This document shows, piece by piece, positions 55,740 through 64,000 of a DNA stretch of 64,000 nt (positions are counted from its first letter, which is position 1; every line of letters starts with the position of its first letter). The stretch is from assembly GCF_006345805.1 (NCBI RefSeq), contig NC_042998.1:168888001-168952000 (forward strand), in the 5' to 3' direction. The notes below the pieces were generated by a model. It made no database searches. It was given only the letters and a program-made list of their open reading frames with translations, and was not told the origin of the DNA. The DNA is from Octopus sinensis. Taxonomy: Eukaryota. The position numbers and the translations under genes were made by a program.

Positions 55740-56306
55740 TATTGGGTTGTCCGAAATGTTCGTGCCGATTTATAGTAGCTTACATTTCGACTTATTTTAG
55801 AACATGGTTGAGTCCATAAAACAGGATTTGACTACACCTACATTTAGAGTACAGTTTAATCTATCTTTTCGTGGAAGAAGGTTTATGTTCCTATAACCTG
55901 TGTTAATTCTGTAACATTTTAAAATTGAAGATAAGAAAGTTCATTTTCAGCACTTGATGCTTTGGGAACCAGACAAAAATTGCTGCAGCTCGGCTGAGAT
56001 GTGTTACCCTACCCTCCATATTCACCAGATATTGCTCCTGCGGATTTCCACTTATTCAGGTCTCTGCCGAATAGTAGTTTGAGTAGTTTATTTCAATTCC
56101 TTGGATGACGTAAATAGATATCTTGATGAATTCTTTGCCATAAAACCACCTCAATTCTGGGAAGAAGGTATTTTCAAGTTAAAGGAAAGATGGAGACGCA
56201 TTGTGCAACAAAATGATTCATATTTGATTGATTAAAAATGTAATGACAAGTATTGACCTTTTTCTTTCCTTTAAAAATCGGCTCGAACTTTCAGGACAAT
56301 CCAATA
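55740..56306 (+). mobile_element. Internally deleted mariner-family DNA transposon
   Basis: TIRs TATTGGGTTGTCCGAAATGTTCGTGCCGATTT and AAATCGGCTCGAACTTTCAGGACAATCCAATA, TA TSDs. Transposase remnants EDKKVHFQHLML and LPYPPYSPDIAPADFHLFRSL. Confidence 0.92.
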
Positions 56307-56855
56307 TAATACATATATAATGCAAAAATACCTTGGGAATGTGATGGTCAATGGAAATAAAATTTAAATATTTATTCTTTCTCTGCTAGAAGATCCGGGG
56401 TCCAGTACCAGTCTTCGGCCTGGTGGTTAGGGACCTTTGGTGGAGAGTATATTTTCCGTGGTCTGTGCAGCATGTGTAAGATGTGAGTTGTTGCTGTTAT
56501 AGTATCGGTTATGTAGGGATGGTCGCTGTGGTATTCTATTCGATGACGATAGTGTAGGGTCGCGTTATGTATGTTGTGCTATTTCATTTAGTGCATATTA
56601 TAGTACAGGTTATATACTATGTGCAGGGAATATACTGCTTGAGTTGTGCTATTGAATTCAAAATATTTCACATAGGATGTTATATTGTGTCATATAACTG
56701 TAAAATATTAATGACATGTGAGGACACTGTATTTCGTTATGTAACCGTAATACACTACAAAGTATATTAAACGTTTTTATAAGTCAATACTGTGTTCTAT
56801 TGTGTTAGCAGTGCTACTACATCACTTGATAAAATTATCTCAACAGATTTTCTAT

Positions 56856-57029
56856 AGAATTTATAACCAGCACTGATTTTGTTACGATGTTTTGTATCCG
56901 AAACGCCTGATTTAAATATACAACAAAGTATATTAAAAGTTTTTATAATATACTACAAAGCATGTTAAAACTTTACAGGCGTCTCGGATACGAAACGTCG
57001 TAACAAAATCAGTGCTGGCTATAATTTCT
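56856..57029. repeat. 54-bp inverted repeat of a PLE-type end
   Basis: Arms 56856-56909 and 56976-57029. The right arm carries GAAACGTC. A related single copy lies at ~3470-3510. Confidence 0.75.
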
Positions 57030-57339
57030 ATTAATGACCTGTAGAGATAGCCACAACAACTGTAGAATAATTTCTGGAGTATTTGTAATATTTTATACCC
57101 TGGTATGGCTTCTATGTTGCAGTTCGCATCTTTATTTTTTATGCCCCTAAAACCAACTATTAAGGATACTGCACTTATTTTCGTCCCCAACATCCCGTTT
57201 GCTTCAGTTCCTTGGCCTTTGTACTTTAACAAATATTCTACCTTCTTAAGAGCAATGTCTTGATAATAATGGTTCGTTATGTCTATCGGCATTCCCAGAA
57301 GTCTTCTCATGTATCGTATTCAATACGTGTTGATGACCG

Positions 57340-57960
57340 CTTTCAAGTCGATGTACTGGCATATTGCCTAGTAGACAAAGATGTCGGCTCACACCTGTCT
57401 ACGAAAAGGGCTTGGCTTTGGTTATAACCGAGTAATCAGGGATGATGCGGCCAACAGCCTCATTGTAGTTGGGTGCATTGTTTGCATTTGATATTAAAAT
57501 CATAGTTCATTATTTCAGTTTTGTAGTTGTTTGGCGCTAAGCATTGAGTCTTTTCTTTCCGTTATTTTTATTTTTGTTTTTGTTTGGGGGGATTATATGT
57601 AGAAATTTTACACTTTTTCTGCTTTTAGCTCAGAGCTTTTGAGCTATTGTTCACTGTCACTCTTTCTTTCTGTGGCGTCTTGTCATGGAATTGTTTTTTT
57701 TTTCCAATTTTTTTTAGTACACTTTGAAACATTTTTTATTTGTATATTATTTTAAATTTTTGTCTTTATTGTCTTTTTTTAGTTGTTTGTCTTCAATGTA
57801 GTTAGTTTCCAGTTTGCAATTTCTTTGAATTAAACACAGATTTTCATTTGTGTCCTGATTCTTTATTACAATAAAGCTTCACCTTTGCTTAGTTTTAATT
57901 ATTCTTGTAATCCCATTTTCGCTGTTTTATACTCATTTATATCAAACCCATTATACTTGT
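57340..57960 (-). mobile_element. Very old R4/Dong-like fragment (CCHC region)
   Basis: Minus strand approximates DQCL.TNNYKTEIMN...IKCKQC...NEAVGRIIPDYS. Homologous to 60885-61077. Confidence 0.55.
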
Positions 57961-57985
57961 GTGCGAAATATTTTTTAGCTTTCAT

Positions 57986-58161
57986 CTCTTACTTGTTTCA
58001 GTGACTAGACTACGGCCATGCTGGAGCACTGCCTTGAGAAATGTTAGTCGAACTGATCGACCACAGTACTTATTTCCTTTTTAAGCCGAGTACTTACTCT
58101 ATCGTTCTCTTTTGGCGGTTGTCAAGCAGTGGTGGGGGATAAACACACACACACATATACA

Positions 58162-58195
<34 letters not shown>

Positions 58196-58232
58196 GAGAG
58201 AGAAAGAGAGAAACAGAAAGAAGCTCCTCGTA

Positions 58233-58275
<43 letters not shown>

Positions 58276-58422
58276 GAGGGTCTTCTTTCTGTTTCGATCT
58301 ACCAAATCAACTCACAAGGACTGAGGCTATAGTAAAAGACTATAGGTACAAAGCAGTGGGAGTGAACCCTGAATTATGTGGTTGGGAAGCAAATTTCTTC
58401 AGTTCCATGTGGCAGCCACACC
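57986..58422 (-). mobile_element. SINE family B
   Basis: Tail, internal (TACA)n/(TA)n and head. Confidence 0.8.
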
Positions 58423-58802
58423 TATGTATAATGTTATCTGTATCACCTTTTGTGTAGTGACTTCAAAACTCGGTCAATAGTTTCTTTACTAGTCTAAGTT
58501 TTTTAATTATCATGTTAAAATCGTAGTTTATAACTAGTTTGACTTTGACGATTTTATCCAACAGATTTGTTGAATGAGTCAGAGCAAGAGGGAAAAGCAG
58601 AAGGCATAAGGAGTCACTCTGGAAGATGTTTCTTCTTTTAGATTTAATCATGTCCTCGTTATCTTGAAGTGATATTGTTGATGTTCATTTTAACGGAAAA
58701 TGGCTGATACATTTTGCTAGTACTAGATTTGCTAGGAGTATCTTCATTACTCAAGTGTATACTGTCCTATCAAATGTCATTCATTATTTATTCTAGGCTA
58801 TA

Positions 58803-59010
58803 AGGCGGCGAGCTGGCAAAATCGTTAACACAACGACCAATATGCTTCGCAGCATTTCGTCCTCCTTTACGTTCTAAGTTCAAATACTGCCAAAGTTGAT
58901 TTTACCTTTCATCCTTTCAGGATCAATAAGTACTAGTTGAGTAGTGGGGTCAATGTAATCGACTAACCCCTCTCTCAGAATTGCTAGTATTGTGCCAAAA
59001 TTTGAAATTA
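58803..59010 (+). mobile_element. SINE family A, old copy
   Basis: GGCGGCGAGCTGGCAAAATCG head and body. Confidence 0.8.
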
Positions 59011-59214
59011 TTAATAACTCCAGGCATGTTAATGTTTTGTTTTACTCCTTTACTTTATATATAGTTTCCTCTAAAAAGACCGGATTACTCATAACAGTTC
59101 TTTGATTCCATATAGCAATCTTTGGAATAGTTTCGTCTCCTCTGTTATTTGTTATTGTTCCTCAAGTCAACAACAAACCTGTATTAGAGTGGGAACATCT
59201 TGTTTGTTGTTAAC

Positions 59215-59311
59215 GTGCGTATGCCGTAGTGGTTAAGAGCGCGGGCTAATAATGCCAAGATTCCGAGTTCGATTCCAGGTAGTGACCTGAACAATAATAA
59301 TAATAATAATA

Positions 59312-59370
<59 letters not shown>

Positions 59371-59545
59371 TCGAAAAATACCTTAGGAATGAGAACCCAG
59401 GCTCGAAATTTCCCCAAAATACCTGATGAAAGCTGGAGGGTATATAAGCCGAAACGTTGTGTTAACAACAAACAAGATGAGGACAAATATCCGTCAAATG
59501 TAAATAATGTACATAATTCCTCATGTCTTAAATATAGAACTGTGT
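59215..59545 (+). mobile_element. tRNA-headed, hammerhead-containing SINE-like element (copy 3)
   Basis: TGCCGTAGTGGTTAAGAGCGC...GAGTTCGATTCC-(AAT)n-...CTGATGAAAGCTGGAGGGTATATAAGCCGAAACGTTGTGTT. Preceded by an inverted 19-bp piece of its own tail (59196-59214). Confidence 0.85.
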
Positions 59546-59589
59546 ATATTTATAAATCTCCGAACGAGATGTAAACAGTAACCGCTCGA

Positions 59590-59957
59590 CAACGTAAAGT
59601 GTACTAGCCATCTCAATGTGGCTAGCCACTGGGGGTGGGTGTTACTGAAGCTTTTAGCATACGGACTATAGTTTCGAGGTTTTTGCCTCTCGTCAACGTA
59701 CGGTATTCGCAAACAGGTCTCTCCAATCGAAAACCGGTGATTACCGTACGTTGACGAGAAGCAAAAACCTCGAAACTATAGTCCGTATGTATCACTTAGG
59801 TTTTCGAGAGGGGATGACCTCCCTTTGCGAATATCAGAAGGGCACAGAATGTGTGTCTAAAGCCAGCTGGAGACGATGATCTCCTGGGGCTAAAAGCTTC
59901 AGTAACACCCACCCCCAGTGGCTAGCCACATTGAGATGGCTAGTACGCTTTACGTTG
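59590..59957. repeat. Nested inverted repeats; the inner pair carries hammerhead motifs
   Basis: Outer arms 59590-59658 and 59889-59957 (69 bp, 1 mismatch); inner arms 59659-59705 and 59742-59788 (47 bp, 1 mismatch). Confidence 0.92.
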
Positions 59958-60039
59958 TATATATTTATATTTACATATATATGCACAGACACACACGCAC
60001 GCACACATACATACACACACGCACGCACATCCCTTTTTT

Positions 60040-61077
60040 CTTCTGATCCACCGTGCTTTTATATTGTACAGAACGTTTGTGCCATATTCACTACCAGTAA
60101 CCCGTATGAATTTCTATTTATGTCAATGTATCTTCCTTTTATATTTTGGTTTTGGTTTTGTGGATGTCCTTGTAAAACCTTTTTGGTATTGTGTTCAAAT
60201 ACCTTGTTCTCCAGGAAGAAGCGTTCATATTTGTTCGACGCGTTTTATCCCGAATATATATGTTTAAAATAATTTTTCCAAACACTTTCAATGTCTTCTC
60301 TTCAACGATATTACTTGTGTTATTTGTGTTCGTTCTTCTTTTTTTTTAAATTAGAGCAATCCATTTCCATTTCGTTAAGTCTTAACTTTTCCATTTTTTT
60401 TTACTTGATTTCATTTTACGAAGTATATTTGTTTTTCATTTTTACAAGTGGATGGTGACAACTACAACTGAGCAGATAGATTATTCATTCTGGTGATATT
60501 TGGGTAGTTTATTTCAATAAAAAATTTTTCTTTAAGGACCCGTTGCATTTATTTATTCTTTTGGGGAGCTTCTTCTTTGTGTGTAACTTAGGCAGATGTC
60601 TGTGTTAATCAATGTTCATCGATTTTGCTATATTCTCTTTTAGTTTCTGTATTCTTCTCCTCAAGGTTAGATCTGATCGGATGTGTTTTAATCCTGTTTA
60701 CTGATAACTGATGGGTGGGGCTGTCAAGGGTATAGTCTTTTGTCTTTTTTTGTGGCTGTGTATTTTGTTGTATTTTTCTATGGAGCCTTCTTTTGTCTTC
60801 ATTACCATTCTGGATTTTAGCCGTTTTTCGTTGAATTTCTTTTAGATTTGCCCTAATGCCTTTTTAGTTTTTTAAGAGAATTTTCAGTACCGGCATATTG
60901 CCTAGTTGGCAAAGCTATCAACTCACAGACTTCTGTGAATATGGATGGATTTGACAGGAACTGAGCAGTCAGGGATGATGTGGTTAACAGCCTCATTACA
61001 ATCGGGTGCATCGTCTGCATTTGATATTAAAATGATTGTTCGTTATTTTCAGTTTAACAGTTGTTTGGAGCTAAGCA
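60040..61077 (-). mobile_element. Old R4/Dong-like fragments (CCHC region, then pre-RT region)
   Basis: IKCRRC...NEAVNHIIPDCS at 60940-61030; KYER..ENKVFEHNTKK.FYKDIHK at 60150-60250. Confidence 0.55.
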
Positions 61078-61449
61078 GTGGAGGCGCAATGGCCCAGTGG
61101 TTAGGGCAGCGGACTCGCGGTCGTAGGATCGCGGTTTCGATTCCCAGACCGGGCGTTGTGAGTGTTTATTGAGCGAAAACACCTAAAGCTCCACGAGGCT
61201 CCGGCAGGGATGGTGGTGATCCCTGCTGTACTCTTTCACCACAACTTTCTCTCACTCTTACTTCCTGTTTCTGTTGTACCTGTATTTCAAAGGGCCGGCC
61301 TTGTCACGCTGAATATCCCCGAGAACTACGTTAAGGGTACACGTGTCTGTGGAGTGCTCAGCCACTTACACGATAATTTCACGTGCAGGCTGTTCCGTTG
61401 ATCGGATCAACCGGAACCCTCGTCGTCGTAACCGACGGAGTGCTTCTAA
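61078..61449 (+). mobile_element. SINE family C, full length, 11-bp TSD
   Basis: TSD GGAGCTAAGCA at 61067-61077 and 61450-61460. Confidence 0.93.
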
Positions 61450-61736
61450 GGAGCTAAGCATTGAGTTTTTTGTTTGTTTGTTTGCTTGCTTTTTATTTCA
61501 TTTTTCAGCAAATATCGCACACCGTCGTACAAAGACAGATACAACAGTGGCAATAGACCACTTTATAATAGTGGTGATGAGGATAAACCAATTCACGTGG
61601 AGTTAATAGAAACTCGAAGAGGAGCTAATAAACTCACAATGTTGGTGAACAAATTTTACGAAAAAACGTAAAAGTATGAAACATTAGTTGGCAGGTTTGC
61701 ATGAGATGCAAAAACAGCAACAGCAACAGCAACAGT

Positions 61737-61935
61737 AGTGGAGGCGCAATGGCCCAGTAGTTAAGGCAGCGGACTCGTGGTCGTAAGAACGCAGTTTCGG
61801 TTCCCAGACTGGGCATTGTAAGTGTTTATTGAGCAAAAACACCTATGCTCCACGAGCTCCTGCGGGGATGGGTGGTGAACCCGCTGTACTCATTCACAAC
61901 TTTCTCTCACTCTTTCTTCCTACTTCTGCCATAAA
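61737..61935 (+). mobile_element. SINE family C, 3'-truncated
   Basis: GTGGAGGCGCAATGGCCCAGTAG...ACAACTTTCTCTCACTC. Confidence 0.85.
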
Positions 61936-62208
61936 GCAGAGGAACCATGCTGTAATCCACAATGGTGTGGTAAACTTTCAGAGCATAATCTAGATTGCGA
62001 ATCCTCTGTACCCCAGGATGGTTCAGCTCTCCACCCATTAAAAGCCACCGTTTACGGAATGAGGATAACAACGTAGCTTTTGCGCCCGTGCAACCGCCAG
62101 TCTATCGCGTGTGGTGGGTGGATATTCAAGTTGCCACACGCATTCTCAGTAGCTTAGAGTCGGCTCGAATTAGAGATTATTCTTTGTGGCTAATGGCCTG
62201 AGTCCTGA

Positions 62209-64000
62209 TTGGAAGAAGAAGAAGAAGAAGAAGAAGAAGAAGAAGAAGAAGAAGAAGAAGAAGAAGAACAACAACAACAACAACAACAACAAGAACAAGA
62301 ACAAGAACAAGAAGAAGAAGAAGAAGAAGAAGAAGAAGAAGAAGAAGAAGAAGAAGAACAAGAACAAGAACAAGAAGAACAAGACAAGAAGAACAAGAAT
62401 AACAAGAAGAACAAGAACAAGAAGAAGAAGAACAACAACAACAACAGTTGAAAGAACAACATTTACAGCAGATACAACTGCAAGAGCAACAACAGAATCA
62501 ACAATAACAACAATATTACAGGAACAAATGCTACAATTACTGAAGTCGTGAGGAAAGCCAGAAAAAGTGTTCTCAGAGGACTATTACGCGAATTCAGTAA
62601 CTGAATTCAAATACAAACCTGACGAAGGAGTTACCTTCAAAGCATACTGCAGAAGATATGAGCAAATCGAGGAAGAATGTAAAGATTGGGACGACAAGAT
62701 GAAAACTCACTTAATCTTGAGAAAACTGGCGGCGACAGTTCACGAACGATACAGTAATTTTGTACCCACTAAAAAACCTTCGGACATAAACTATAATGAC
62801 ACAAATGATATATTGTGTAAAATTTTCAGTGAGAAACGCGCATTGTCCAACACACGTTGGAAGTGTCTGAACATAAAGAAAAACAACGACGACAATTTAA
62901 TCACATATGCTGGTAGAGTAAACAGGAAATGCGAGAAGTTTAAGCTGGACAAACTAACTCCAGATATGTTCAAATGCCTGGTTTTTACACAAGAACTACT
63001 TGCCGAAAAGGATGCAGAAGTCAGAACTAGAATTCTTGCAAAGTTGGAGCAAAACCAGTATGAAACCCTGCAAAAAGAGTCTGAAGAATGTGAAAGGATA
63101 CTTAAATTAAGGCACGATGCAGAGGAAATTGAACGTAAAGACTGCTTCCAAGTGAAACTAATCTGAATAGAGATAAAGTGTTTTCTAGAAAACATGACAA
63201 ACATCAGGATATAAACCTATGTATGCAACTGAGGAAAAATTGCCCATTTCAAAAATGAAAGTGTTTTCGATGTGAAAATATAGGACATATTAAGACGCAC
63301 TGTGGGACAAAGATGATAAAACGTCAGAAAAAAGGTAAAAGAATAAATAGTATATCATCGGAAGAAATTCGTGAAGGTAAAAATCAAAAATACAACTGTT
63401 AAAATGCAGTTGAACACAGGTAGTGACATTACAAATATAAACGAAAAAACGTGGAGTCGGTAAGCCGAATTTAATTAGATCTAAAAAGGTAACACATGGT
63501 GTTACAGGAAAACATTTTTTCAGTGAATTTGAATGCAATGTAACTTTTCATGGTCAAACGAAAGCGGCAAAGATTTATGTGTTTAAAAATTCACTTAACT
63601 TATTCGGCACAGAATGGATAGAACTATTTAAATTGTGGGATACACACATAAGTGTTCTGTATGGAAATGTAGTTGGGTCAGTCAAAGGTTTAAATGAAGC
63701 CGAAGGACTGAGGCAAAAAACAAAATAATATTTCCTGGTAAAAGGCTGTAAAGGATGTGCTCTAACAGTAAAATTACCCAATATAAAATGGGAACCTTGG
63801 TCAAAAGTAAATGTTCCGTGGTTGAGACTACACATCGATTTCTCTGGTCCTTTAAACCGTTCATGCTACTTAGTGGTAGTTGATAGTCTTTCAAAATGGC
63901 CTGAAATCTGGAAGTGAAAAATACCAAGTCCCTCAAATGTGATAAATTTTTTACATGAATCGTTTGCTAGGTTTGGAATCCTAGACAAGACAATGGTACG
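62209..64000 (+). mobile_element. Ty3/gypsy (K02A2.6-like) LTR retrotransposon remnant: gag, zinc knuckle, protease, integrase; RT/RNaseH deleted; runs off the window end
   Basis: FSEDYYANSVTEFKYKPDEGVTFKAY; CFRCENIGHIKTHC; MQLNTGSDIT; VKGCKGC...PWLRLHIDFSGPL...LVVVDSLSKWPE...FARFG. Confidence 0.92.

Overview
This is eukaryotic, AT-rich DNA that is nearly saturated with repeats. It is most likely from an octopod cephalopod, inferred from the tRNA-derived SINE families and the extreme (TA)n/(ATT)n/(TATG)n density; no database search was possible. I can support no intact host protein-coding gene, rRNA, functional tRNA or CRISPR array, so the window reads as a long intron or intergenic region. 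Nearly all ORF-track entries are microsatellite or SINE read-through. Recognisable coding remnants are all transposon-derived: two Penelope-like (PLE) GIY-YIG fragments, two L1/Tx1-like LINE fragments, six R4/Dong-like RLE-LINE pieces (one near full length, most within (TAA)n), an internally deleted mariner, and a Ty3/gypsy (K02A2.6-like) element lacking RT/RNaseH. Non-autonomous elements include a complete Helitron, small hAT-like MITEs and dozens of copies of at least four SINE families (my labels A-D). The most striking features are: (i) several distinct families of minimal type-I hammerhead-ribozyme (HHR) motifs, often in inverted pairs, including a three-copy family that joins a Pol III tRNA-like head, a microsatellite and an HHR; (ii) a non-coding ~520-bp element found only within (TAA)n; (iii) repeated SINE-into-SINE integration and short locally templated insertions; (iv) a 4 x 164-bp tandem duplication and a strong RFX X-box in unique DNA. 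Most repeat boundaries were estimated by eye and may be off by tens of bases.
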